This document shows, piece after piece, positions 40,482 to 52,023 of a stretch of DNA of 64,000 bases. Source of the DNA: an uncultured Holophagales bacterium (GTDB lineage: Bacteria; Acidobacteriota; Thermoanaerobaculia; Multivoradales; UBA5704). Position 1 is the first letter of the stretch. Every line of letters begins with the position of its first letter. A program made the translations under genes and the position numbers. Location: positions 192,001-256,000 of the forward strand of contig CAWJGT010000001.1 of NCBI GenBank assembly GCA_963842525.1. Direction: 5' to 3'. The notes under the pieces are model-generated. The model did not search any database, was not told the origin of the DNA, and saw only the letters and a program-made list of their open reading frames with translations.

Positions 40482-41462
40482 TCAGGCGGGCTCCGCCGGT
40501 TGGCGCCGCCACCGCTTGTGCCACCAGACCCACTGCTCGGGGCGGCGGCGGATCTGCTGCTCGATGGCGGCGGTCATGACGGCCGTGGCCTCCCGCGGGT
40601 CGTCGGGGAGGTCGAGGGCGGGGTGGAAGGTGACGAGGTGGTCGCCGTCCGGGAGGCGCTCGATGAAGGAGGGGATCACCCGCGCTTTCTGGCGGAGAGC
40701 GATCTCGGCGGCTCCCACGGGGGTGAAGGCGGGACGGCCGAAAAAGGGGACCCAGACGCCGTCGACCTTGGTGTCCTGGTCGATGAGCATGGCGAGGGCG
40801 CCGCCGCTGCGCAGGGTGCCGAGGAGCTGGCGGGCCGCTCCCGGGGTGCCTCGCGCGATGGTGGTCGTGCCGAAGTGGGCCCGGAGGTCCACCAGGATCT
40901 TCTGGACGGCCTGGTCGTCCAGGGGCCGGGCCACCGCGGCCGGCGGGAAGCCGCTGTCCGCCAGGACCGTGCCGATCAGCTCCCAGTTGCCGCAGTGGCC
41001 GGTGAGGATCAGGACCGGCCGGCCGGCGGCGCGCGCAGCCTCCAGCTCTTCGCGGCCTTGGACCGCGAGGTGCCGCAGGATCTCCTCGCGGTCCCGCTTC
41101 AGGAAATGGAGGAGCTCGGCAAGGTTCATCCCCGCCTGGAGGAAGGCGGCCCGGCCGATGCGCCGGCGCTCCGGCTCGGGCACCTCGGGCAGCGCGAGGG
41201 CGAGGTGGTCCAGGGACCGGCGGCGGTCACGGCTGGAGAAGCGCCAGGCGAGCCGGCCAAGGGTCCGGCCGTAGGCCAGGGCAGCCCGCCGCGGCAGGAG
41301 GCCGAACCAGAGAGCGAGGCCGCGGACGGCCACCGGCAGCAAGGCGGACCGCAGACCGCTCAGAGCGCGGCGGCGCCGGGATCTGCCCGCTCCGGACGCG
41401 GTCCCGGGCGCCGAGGAGGACCGGATCAGCCGGATGCCGGATTCTTCACGTGGTGCCGGCAT
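40482..41462 (-). CDS. lpxL: Lipid A lauroyl/late acyltransferase
   Basis: TGHCGNWE, LIDQD, VPFFG, PEQWVWWHKRW. Confidence 0.88.
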   Translation of the reverse strand: MPAPREESGIRLIRSSSAPGTASGAGRSRRRRALSGLRSALLPVAVRGLALWFGLLPRRAALAYGRTLGRLAWRFSSRDRRRSLDHLALALPEVPEPERRRIGRAAFLQAGMNLAELLHFLKRDREEILRHLAVQGREELEAARAAGRPVLILTGHCGNWELIGTVLADSGFPPAAVARPLDDQAVQKILVDLRAHFGTTTIARGTPGAARQLLGTLRSGGALAMLIDQDTKVDGVWVPFFGRPAFTPVGAAEIALRQKARVIPSFIERLPDGDHLVTFHPALDLPDDPREATAVMTAAIEQQIRRRPEQWVWWHKRWRRQPAEPA

Positions 41463-42000
41463 CGGATCCCAGGTAGCGCGCGATCAGCTCCTCCCACTGC
41501 CCGCGCGCGTGCAGCACGACCTCGCACATCTCGCGCACCACGCCATCCCCTCCCTTGCGCAGCAGGACCCGGTCGACCCGCCCCCGCACCTCGGCGACGG
41601 CGTCGGCCGGGGCGAAGGAGAGGCCGCAGCGGCAGAGGACCGGGATATCCAGCAGGTCATCGCCCAGGTAGGCGACCCGCTCGGCGGCCGTGCCGTGCGA
41701 CGCCAGGAATTCGTCGAAGGCCGGCTCCTTGTCGGAGCGGTCCATGAGCAGGGCGTTCATCCCGATCTCGCCGGCGCGGACGCGCAGGGCCTCGCTGATG
41801 CGGCCGGAGAGGATGCCCACCTTGAGCCCCGCCTTCTGCGCCAGCTTGAGCCCCAGGCCGTCGCGTACGTGGAAGACCTTCAGCTCTTCGCCTGCAGAGC
41901 CGTAGACGAGGCGGCCGTCCGTGAAGACGCCGTCCACGTCGAAGAGCAGCCATTCGAGGGCCCGGGCGCGCTCCGCCAGGGTTGCATCGGTGAGGATCAC
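41446..42000 (-). CDS. kdsC: KDO 8-phosphate phosphatase
   Basis: DVDGVFTDG, FHVRDGLG, GDDLLD, GGDGVVRE. Confidence 0.93.
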   Translation of the reverse strand: MILTDATLAERARALEWLLFDVDGVFTDGRLVYGSAGEELKVFHVRDGLGLKLAQKAGLKVGILSGRISEALRVRAGEIGMNALLMDRSDKEPAFDEFLASHGTAAERVAYLGDDLLDIPVLCRCGLSFAPADAVAEVRGRVDRVLLRKGGDGVVREMCEVVLHARGQWEELIARYLGSDAGTT

Positions 42001-42008
42001 GCCGCCTC

Positions 42009-42998
42009 TCAAAACAGCTCCAGCCGCCACAGGTCGTGCAGGTGGACGACCCCTTCGAGCCGCCCCTCCGGATCACAGACGAAGAGCGAGGTGATGCGGT
42101 GCTCCTCCATCTTCTGGAGAGCGGCGGCGGCAAGCTCGTCGCCCGGGATGGTCCGCGGGCTGCGGTGCATGTGCTCAGCCGCCGTGTGGCGCAGGAGCCC
42201 GTCGTCGGTTTCGAGCGCGCGCCGCAGGTCGCCGTCCGAGATGCAGCCGAGGAGCCGCCCTTCGGCGTCGACCACCGCGGTGATCCCCAGTTTCTTCCTC
42301 GACATCTCGTAGATGGCGTCGCGCATCGGGGTCTCGGCCGTCACCTGCGGCAGGGCGTCGCCCGCGTGCATGAGCTGGTGGACCCGGAGCAGGCGCCTGC
42401 CGAGCCGGCCGGCGGGGTGGAGGCGCGCGAAGTCCTCGCGGGTGAAGCCGCGCGCTTCCAGGAGGGCCATGGCCAGCGCGTCTCCGAGAGCCAGGGTGGC
42501 GGTGGTCGAGGCGGTCGGGGCCAGGTTCAGCGGGCAGGCCTCGCGGTCGATGGCAGCAGGTAGATGGATGTCGGCGATCCGGGCGAGCGGGCTCGCCGCA
42601 TTGCCGGTCATGGCCACCAGCGGCACCCCGAGGCGCTTCAGGGTCTCGACCAGCCGCAGCAGCTCCTCGTTCGTACCCGAGTAGGAGGCGGCGAGCACCG
42701 CGTCGCCGGGGACGATCATCCCCAGGTCGCCATGGACCGCTTCGGCCGGATGGAGGAAGAAGGACGGCGTGCCTGTCGAGGCCAGGGTCGCCGCGATTTT
42801 CTTCATCACGAGGCCGCTCTTGCCCATGCCGGTGCAGACCACCCGGCCGGGGCAGGCACGCAGCAGCTCGACCGCCTGGTCGAACCGCTCGTCGAGCTGG
42901 TCGACAAGGCCCTCGATCGCCGCGGCCTCGGTGCGCAGGACCTCGACGGCGACCTCGCGGGAGGTCCTGACGGCAGCGGGCTTTTCGGCGAGGCTCAT
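42009..42998 (-). CDS. kdsD: Arabinose-5-phosphate isomerase (KpsF/GutQ)
   Basis: GMGKSG, STGTPS.F.HPAEA.HGDLG, LAPTAST, CBS pair. Confidence 0.95.
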   Translation of the reverse strand: MSLAEKPAAVRTSREVAVEVLRTEAAAIEGLVDQLDERFDQAVELLRACPGRVVCTGMGKSGLVMKKIAATLASTGTPSFFLHPAEAVHGDLGMIVPGDAVLAASYSGTNEELLRLVETLKRLGVPLVAMTGNAASPLARIADIHLPAAIDREACPLNLAPTASTTATLALGDALAMALLEARGFTREDFARLHPAGRLGRRLLRVHQLMHAGDALPQVTAETPMRDAIYEMSRKKLGITAVVDAEGRLLGCISDGDLRRALETDDGLLRHTAAEHMHRSPRTIPGDELAAAALQKMEEHRITSLFVCDPEGRLEGVVHLHDLWRLELF

Positions 42999-43186
42999 CG
43001 GCCGCCCTCCCGAAGAACCTCACCCCCTGTCCCCCTCTCCCATCTCCCACCCTCCCATCCCCGGGAGAGGGGGGACGTTGTTGATGCCCTTGTGGCGATC
43101 TCGCGGAACGGCTCCGGATGCGTTCCCCCTCTCCCGGCGGGGGGTGGAAGGGAGATGGGAGAGGGGGACAGGGGGTGAGGTCTCAT
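42995..43186 (-). other. 63-codon repeat-derived bridge ORF between kdsA and kdsD
   Basis: ATGA overlap at both ends; made up of an inverted pair of the CCCTCTCCC repeat (about 43018-43075 and 43123-43181). Confidence 0.7.
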
Positions 43187-44013
43187 GCCGCAGCCTCCAC
43201 CACGACCTTCCTCAGCTTCACCAGCGATTTGAGCAGCTCCTCCGCCCGCTCGGGCGGGAGCTGGACGGCGCGGTCGGAGAGTGCCCTGTCCGGCTCGGGG
43301 TGGACCTCCAGGAAGACGCCGTCGGCGCCGGCGGCCACGGCGGCGCGGGCGAGCGGCTCGGCGAAGCGGCGGTTGCCGCCGCTCTCCTCGCCGCCTCCGG
43401 GGAGCTGCAGCGAATGGGTCACGTCGTAAATGACCGGGATGCCCTCGTCGTGGAGGATGGCAAAGCTCCGCATGTCCACCACCAGGTTGTGGTAGCCGAA
43501 GGAGACACCTCTTTCGGTCACGGTCACCCGGTCATTGCCGGCGCTGCGGGCCTTGTCCACCACCTTGCGCATGTCGTCCGGCGCCATGAACTGGCCCTTC
43601 TTGATGTTCACGGCGCGGCCGGTCGCGGCGGCGGCCACGACCAGGTCGGTCTGGCGGCAGAGGAAGGCGGGGATCTGGAGGACGTCGCAGACCTCGGCTG
43701 CCGGAGCGCACTGGTGCGGCTGGTGGACGTCGGTCAGGACCGGCAGTCCGGTCTCTTCGCGGGCCAGCTTGAGGATCCGCAGCCCCTCCGTGAGGCCCAG
43801 GCCGCGGAAGCTGCCGATCGAGCTGCGGTTGGCCTTGTCGAAGGACGCCTTGAAGATCAGGCCGATCCCCAGCCGGTCGGCCAGGGCGGCCAGGACGTGC
43901 GCGGCCTCCAGGGTCCGCTCCTCGCTCTCCACGACGCAGGGGCCGGCGATCACCGGCAGCGCGTCCCCCCCGAGGACGATCCCGGGGGCCAGCTCGACGG
44001 GACGGACCGCCAT
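43183..44013 (-). CDS. kdsA: KDO 8-phosphate synthase
   Basis: AGPCVVES, KASFDKANRSS, QIPAFLCRQTD, NIKKGQF. Confidence 0.96.
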   Translation of the reverse strand: MAVRPVELAPGIVLGGDALPVIAGPCVVESEERTLEAAHVLAALADRLGIGLIFKASFDKANRSSIGSFRGLGLTEGLRILKLAREETGLPVLTDVHQPHQCAPAAEVCDVLQIPAFLCRQTDLVVAAAATGRAVNIKKGQFMAPDDMRKVVDKARSAGNDRVTVTERGVSFGYHNLVVDMRSFAILHDEGIPVIYDVTHSLQLPGGGEESGGNRRFAEPLARAAVAAGADGVFLEVHPEPDRALSDRAVQLPPERAEELLKSLVKLRKVVVEAAA

Positions 44014-44015
44014 CG

Positions 44016-45767
<1,752 letters not shown>

Positions 45768-46559
45768 TCAGGTCTCGGACCCTCGCAACCCTCCCCGCAA
45801 TCCTCTCAATAATCGCTCGACACGCTCCAGATCTTCCCGCGTATCCACTCCCGGCGAGGACCTCTCCGCCAGCAGCACACGGATCGGGATGCCGTGCTCC
45901 AGCGCCCGGAGCTGCTCCAGCGACTCGCTGCGCTCCAGCGGCGTCGGCGTCAGCTCGGCGAGGCGCAGCAGCGCCGCGCGCTGATAGCCGTAGATGCCCA
46001 GGTGCTTGAGCGGCCGGGCGCCCCCTTCCTGCCGCGGATACGGGAGGGGCGAGCGGCTGAAATACAGGGCGTACCCCGCCAGGCTCAGCACCACCTTGAC
46101 CGCGTTCGGATTGCCCGCCTCGTCGTCCTGCGCGTCGGCGGCCAGGGTCACCACCGGGTCCTCGGGGTGCTCCGCGAGATGGCGGGCGATCCGCGAAATC
46201 GCCTCCGGGTCGATCAGCGGCTCATCCCCCTGGATGTTGATCACCGCTGCCGCGCGCCAATGCCGGGCCGCCCAGGCGATGCGGTCGGTGCCGCTGGCGC
46301 AGTCGGCCGGGGTCATCTCCCAGTTGCCGCCGAAGGCCTCGACGGCGCGGGCGATCCGCTCGTCGTCCGTCAGCACCACGACCCGGTCGAGCCCGCGCGC
46401 CTGGGCCACCTGTGCATACACGTGCTCGATCATCGGCCGGCCGGCGATCGGCAGCAGTGGCTTGCCGGGGAGTCGAGAAGATCCGTAGCGGGCCGGGATC
46501 GCTCCCACGATACCCGCGCCGCCGGAGGCGGTGGTGATCGGGGAAGCGGATGGGTGCAC
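45768..46559 (-). CDS. kdsB: CMP-KDO synthetase
   Basis: IPARYGSSRLPGKPL, SGTDR, NIQGDEP, LEQLRALE. Confidence 0.95.
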   Translation of the reverse strand: MHPSASPITTASGGAGIVGAIPARYGSSRLPGKPLLPIAGRPMIEHVYAQVAQARGLDRVVVLTDDERIARAVEAFGGNWEMTPADCASGTDRIAWAARHWRAAAVINIQGDEPLIDPEAISRIARHLAEHPEDPVVTLAADAQDDEAGNPNAVKVVLSLAGYALYFSRSPLPYPRQEGGARPLKHLGIYGYQRAALLRLAELTPTPLERSESLEQLRALEHGIPIRVLLAERSSPGVDTREDLERVERLLRGLRGGLRGSET

Positions 46560-46621
46560 AGCCTAATCTAAAGCGATCGGGTGGGGGGTGTCAAACGGGG
46601 TGAGGTAACATTCCGCGGCTC

Positions 46622-48838
46622 ATGAGATCCCGCGTCCTCCTCCCGACCCTCGCACTTGCCTTTTCCATTGGAGCCTGCGGCGGCAGGGAGACGGCCGGCC
46701 CGGTCCGGCTGCTGGTGGACGGCGAGCATGCGCCCGACGTCCTGACCGAGCGCCGCGACGTCGCCAGCCCCCCGGCGCTGGGCGGGAACCGTTTCCTCAC
46801 CGGGTGGTGGCCCTGGCGCAATGAGGGGACCCTGGTCCTGTCGCCCATCGTCCAGGGCGCCCGGATGGAGATCGTCCACCTGGATGCCCCGGGAGCTGGA
46901 CGGCGGCGGACCCTGGCGCTCGACCTGCTCCAGGCGGCGCCGGACCGCAAGGTGCGCGTCAAGGCCGCCGGCCGCAACCTCGGTGCCTTTCCCTTGACCG
47001 ACCCGGTCGAGATCCCGCTGCCGGACGAGCTGCCGGTGGGGCGGGTACTCGTCGAGCTCTCCTTCGAGGAGGGCTCGCGCGGCGTGGTGGCCGCGGCGGT
47101 CCGGCCGTCGCTGCCCGAAGGACGGGTGCGCGTCCGCGACGCCGATCTGATCCAATCCGGAGACTCGCTGGTCGACCTGGTGCAGCCGGTGTTTACCGGC
47201 GGCGGGGAAGAGACCCTGGTGGGCGCCTTCGTCCCGCCGGCCGAGCCCGAGCCCGGCCAGCGTTTCGTCCTGACCCTCGAGCGGGAGGACGGATCGCCCA
47301 TCCGCCGCTTCTCATGGTCCCCCAGCCTCTGGAACCGGCTGCGTGGCACGAGGGACTTCGCCCTGCCCCTCGGCGAGGACGTCGGTGGATTCGTGCGCGT
47401 CCGCCTCCAGGCGTACGGCAAGGGACCGGCGGGCCGCTGGCAGGGGCTGGGCCTCCAGGGCGGGAGCCCCCCGCCCCCTCGAACACCGGCTCCCGCGTCG
47501 GACCCCTTCCCGCCGCCGCGCCTGGTCATCGTCTACATCATGGACGCCCTGCGCGCCGATACCGTCGGCATCCAGGGCGGGCCGCCGGGCATCTCGCCGA
47601 CCTGGGACCGGCTCGCCCACGAAGGAGCGCTCTTCCGCCGCCACCGGAGCGTCGCTCCCAATACCCTGCCGTCGACCAAGGCGCTCTTCACCGGCCGGAC
47701 CTTCGTCTCCCACGGCGGCTGGAAGCTGGAGCCCGAGGACGGTCCGACCCTGGCCGAGATGTATCCGGCAAGCCGGCTATCGCACCGGCCTCTTCTCGGG
47801 GAACGTCTACATCGGCCCGGCCTATAAGACCGATCGCGGCTTCGAGCACACCGCCCCGGAAGTCCAGATCGACGCCTACACGATCACCGAGCAGCGCCCC
47901 TACAACGACAATGCGGCCCAGGCGCACAGGTCCGCCCTCGCCTGGCTGCGGTCTCTGCGTCCGGGCGAGAAGGCCTTCCTCTATATCCATACCATCCACC
48001 CGCACAACCCCTACGACCCGCCGGAGCCGTTCCAGTCGCAGTGGACGCGCGGCATCCCCTCGACGATCGACGGCAGCACGAACACGCTCCACGATGTCAA
48101 ACGTGCCCGCCGCCAGACGAGCGAAGCGGACCGGCGGCGGCTGCGCGGGCTCTACAACGGCTCCTTCGCCTACAACGACGCCGAGCTGGACGGCTTCCTG
48201 CGGCAGGTCTCCGCCCTGGTGCCGCCGGCCGACACCCTGATCGCCCTGACCGCCGACCACGGCGAGGAGCATTTCGACCACGGAGGCATCCTCCATGGCT
48301 TCACCCTCTACGAGGAGCTGCTGCGCATCCCGCTGCTCCTCTGGGCTCCCGGGCGGCTGCGTCCCGCCGTGATCGACGCGCCGACCGACACGCTCGACCT
48401 GCACGCCACCCTGATCGGGCTCTCCGGGCTGCGGCCGCCGGCGGGGCACTCGACCCCGGGCCGGTCGCTGCCGGCCGTAGCGCGTGAGGAAGCCGCGGAT
48501 CGGCCACATCTCGCCGCGGCCTCCAGCGTCAAGGGCGGGATCTATTCGGCCAGCGCCGGCCGTTGGAAGGTGGTCTGGGCGCCGCGGGTCGGCATCGGCT
48601 GGGGGAGGGGGACGGCATCGGCCGTTCGCGCGATCCCGAGTACCTCTATGACCTGGAGAAAGATCCTGGGGAGAAGGTCAACCTGGCGGGCCAGGGGGAC
48701 CTCGCCGCGGCCTGGCTCCGTTCGCGGCTCCTCTCCTGGATCGAGCGCAACCGCAAATCCGAGGACGAGCCGAAGAAGAGCGAGCCCCTCGATCCCGAGA
48801 CCCTGGGCCGTCTGCGCGCCCTCGGATACGCGAACTGA
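46622..48838 (+). CDS. Sulfatase-superfamily lipoprotein, frameshifts near 47765 and 48605
   Basis: SIGAC lipobox, DALRAD, NTLPS, HPHNPY, ADHGE, YDLEKDPGE, RLRALGY across three frames. Confidence 0.85.
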
Positions 48839-48906
48839 CCTCCCGATTCGGGCGATTCGGGCCACCACATTGGAGAAAATACCTCTCCGGCGTAAACTTC
48901 CCCTTC

Positions 48907-49310
48907 ATGGACCAGGAAGAAGTCCCGCGGATCCTCGGCCTGCTCGACGGTGCGATCCACCGCTCGCGCCGTTCCCGGCGTGAGATCGAGCGAACGCTCG
49001 GGCTGGGGCAGGGCTATCTGGGCAGCTTGCTCAAGGGCCGGATCGAGCTGAAGGTCCGGCACGTCTACCTCCTGGCGCGGGAGCTGGGCCTCGAGCCGCT
49101 CTCCTTCTTCGTCCAGGCCTCGCCGCCGAAAGAGACGGGATGGCTCCAGCAGCTCGGCGTTTCCACCGAAGCGCCTGCCGCCCTGCCCTCGGAGCCCGCC
49201 GCTGAGGAGACGCCTCTCACCCGCGCCGAGATCGAGGATCTGGTCCGTAAGACGTTGAGGGAGGAGCTGGCGAGGGTAGGAGAAGGGCGGAGCAAGCTTT
49301 CCTCGCCTAG
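48907..49310 (+). CDS. XRE-like HTH regulator (3' end uncertain; ORF runs to 49449)
   Basis: SRREIERTLGLGQGYLGSLLKGRIELKVRHV. Confidence 0.7.
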
Positions 49311-50646
49311 ATTGTGGCGAGCTTTGCGGTTTTCGCGCAGCTCCCGGAACAGACTCGCGACGATCTTGAAGAGATCGACGGTCGCCTCGTTGCGATTGAC
49401 CGCCTCTCGGAGCATGAGCAGAGCGGCGATCGCCTCCCTGGCGATGTAGCGGGTCCGGAAGGTCTCCAACATGCTGGTTACGAGACGGTGGACTCGGTCC
49501 TTTTTTCCTTGCATCAGCCAGACGGCTGCCAAGTCGAAGGAGATCAAGCAGCGTCATAGGAAAGGCCTTCCCGCTCGAAGTTCTCGCGAACCTGCTTGAA
49601 GGCCGTCTCGGCGATATTCGAGCTTTCCCAGGCCTGACATAGATTCTGACCCTCTAGGCCCCGCAGCTTGAGGAGGCGATCCGATCGGCATGGTGCCTAT
49701 ACAGCGGCCGCATCTCCCAGAGCTGACGACGGGCAGTCCGGTACTCGCCCAATTCCACCCGGAACAGCAGCAGGTTATGTAGCACATGGAAAGTCAGCTT
49801 GGGTCGCGGTCACGGTGAATAAGCCGGAGTCCGCGCGCAAGCAGGCGTATGCCCTCTTCGGGGTCCCCCGTATAGCCAGTGTGCAGTCGCTTTCTTGATC
49901 AGCGCCCGCCCAGCATCATGGAGTTGCCCTGCTTCCGAAAGAGATTAAAAGCCAGATCGAGCAGCCGGAAGGCAGCTGGGAACTGACGCTGATCGCAGAA
50001 GGAGAGAGGCGGCAAGCTCGGCGAAGCCGGGCACGCAGCAGCGGTGAGCCCGTGAACCGTTCCGTGATGAAGCTCGAGAGCGCGTTGGATCGCGGTCATC
50101 TGCTAGCAGAATTGGTCGGCAACCCGATACGCATTGGCCAACTCCCCCCAAGCTCGGGCCTGAGGTCCGCAGGGGCATGCCAGGGCCATACTTCTGGGGA
50201 TCGAGCCTCTGGGCTGCTTCGGCGCTAGTTTGGCGAGATGGACCATGGCCTTTGGATCCCGATGCCGTAGGGCCAGAAGCCCGCTCCAGGAGCGCTTCGC
50301 ATAGAGCCATGAGTCCAGAAATCCGGCTCGTCGGTGGAACGCCCCATAGAGAAGCCGAACGTACCTTGCTCGCAGCTTCGGCCCTTTCGTGCACCAGCGC
50401 CGGTGAGCCTCCAAGGACAGCTGAAGGCGGCCGAAATGGCGCATTCGTAATCGCGTTCTGCTCGGCCGATGTCGTGGCACTGCCCGCCCGGCCGGGCCGG
50501 AACATGGTTCTTGCCAGAGGGGCCATGAGATCCCGACAGCGTGCGCACCCACTGAGCAGGTGACAGACAACGTCCCTTGCCTCAGGGGCGCTAAGCCGGC
50601 CTAGCAGGAAACTCTCCAACGCTCTAGAGCTGGGATGCTCACCCAT
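49300..50646 (-). pseudogene. Zn-finger (HxxxCxxC-like) + TPR-like protein, multiply frameshifted
   Basis: HPSSRALESFL..CHLLSGCARC; ARAWGELANAYRVAD; FDLAAVWL.QG; REAIAALL fragments in different frames. Confidence 0.7.
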
Positions 50647-50726
50647 AGACTCTCCCTCCTCTAGGTTCCCGGAAGGCAGAAAGTTTCAATGATTCTCTCA
50701 CACTTTGGGCGTGAAAGGACGCAACC

Positions 50727-50763
50727 AAAAGGAGGGCGGCGACCGCCGAGGCGGCCGCCCCCC
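50727..50763 (-). terminator. Intrinsic terminator after the small peptide gene
   Basis: GC-rich stem GGCGGCCGCC-tc-GGCGGTCGCC followed by CCTTTTGGTT. Confidence 0.6.
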
Positions 50764-50776
50764 GTGCCCCGGACCA

Positions 50777-51090
50777 TTAGCCGTTCAGATCGAGCCCAAG
50801 CCGCGACTCACGTTCCCTGTGAGTCCGTTCGGACTGCATCCCTATCCCGCGAGCTCCGTCATCTGTGGTCCCGTCCGGGGCGTCCGATCTCCTTCTCTGG
50901 TCGCCCCATTCGGGTCCAGCCCACCCCCCCGCTCCCCATCCGCCGACCACAGCTCGACGAACCAACTCCAGACCTTCCCGACGACGTCCCAGTCCCCGGC
51001 CTCGACCGGATGGGGGAGGGCGAGGCCCAGGGCGAGGGTCAGGACCAGGACGGGGGCTCCACGACGGACCAATCTGCGCCATGTGGACAT
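50777..51090 (-). CDS. Small secreted peptide with a GxGLDPNG motif (3' part probably frameshifted)
   Basis: AGGAGG SD, signal peptide to VEA, VWSWFVELW, GERGGGLDPNG; further PNG/DLNG units in other frames. Confidence 0.7.
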
Positions 51091-51385
51091 GACGTGTCCT
51101 CCTTGGCCGCGGGTCGTCCGAAACCGGAAGAGGTGCCGGCGCCCGCGGCGCCGCGTTGATCGCGGTGCTCTGGGCTCGTAACTTATACCCGAAAGCAGAC
51201 ACAGTGGTACGCCCAGAAATCTGAAAACAAGCGTTTCCTTCGCGCCAAGCCTTTTACTGTATGTTGACGTTTTATCCGCAGCGACAGTCCGGCAACAGGG
51301 ATCTTGTGCCTAGATGGCAGTTCCCCGTTGACAAACGCCCGGCGATGCCGAAGAATGATCCGCGTTATGGCAAAGGAGGATTTGC

Positions 51386-51593
51386 TTGCGGGAAAACGGA
51401 AAGCGGGTCGCGAAGCATCCGAAGGTCGGTGTGTTGCGGGGTTTTTTGCGGTCGCTCTCGGTCGCCGATGCAGGTCTCCTGCTGCATATCCTGGACTGCC
51501 CGCGGTGCACTGAGCTGGCGCGCAGAGGAGCTCAGGCCCAAGCCGGTGCGGCGCCGGAAGCCGCAGCTCGAGGCGGCGGCCAGCGGGGATTGA
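51386..51593 (+). CDS. Small Zn-finger-like protein (end uncertain)
   Basis: AAGGAGG SD; KHPKVGVLRGFL...HILDCPRC resembles the N-terminus of the 50646 gene. Confidence 0.5.
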
Positions 51594-51670
51594 GGGTGGT
51601 CCCCGGCCCTGTCCCATGGCCCTGTGAGGGTTCGGAAGGCGGGTGCCGGGGACGTTTTCAACCCCCTTGC

Positions 51671-51900
51671 ACAGGGACCGCGGTCCGCGCGATACGGACC
51701 GCGAAACCACGACCTGGAGTGGCGGTCCCTCTCACAGGGACCGCGCCACGTGTCACGCGGACCTTGGGTCCTGCCCGCCGACCGGGCTCCCCCCGACAGG
51801 TTTCGCGGTCCGCCTGACCGGACCCACGGTCCGCGCCACAGGGACCGGAAGGCCTGACCGTGTTTCGTGGTCCCGATGACCGGGACCGCGGTCCGCACCG
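51671..51900. repeat. Degenerate tandem repeat, about 21-bp period, GGACCGCGGTCC palindromic core
   Basis: Recurring ggacc/ggtcc half-sites at about 21-nt spacing. Confidence 0.7.
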
Positions 51901-52023
51901 GCCGGCTCGTGCGCGGTCGCAGCGCTCGGCTGAAGCTCATCCGAAAACGCGGCAGCGCCGTATCCCGGTCGGAGACCGCCGTCAGGTAGACTTTCCGGCG
52001 GATCACCTGGGGAGAGAGGAACG

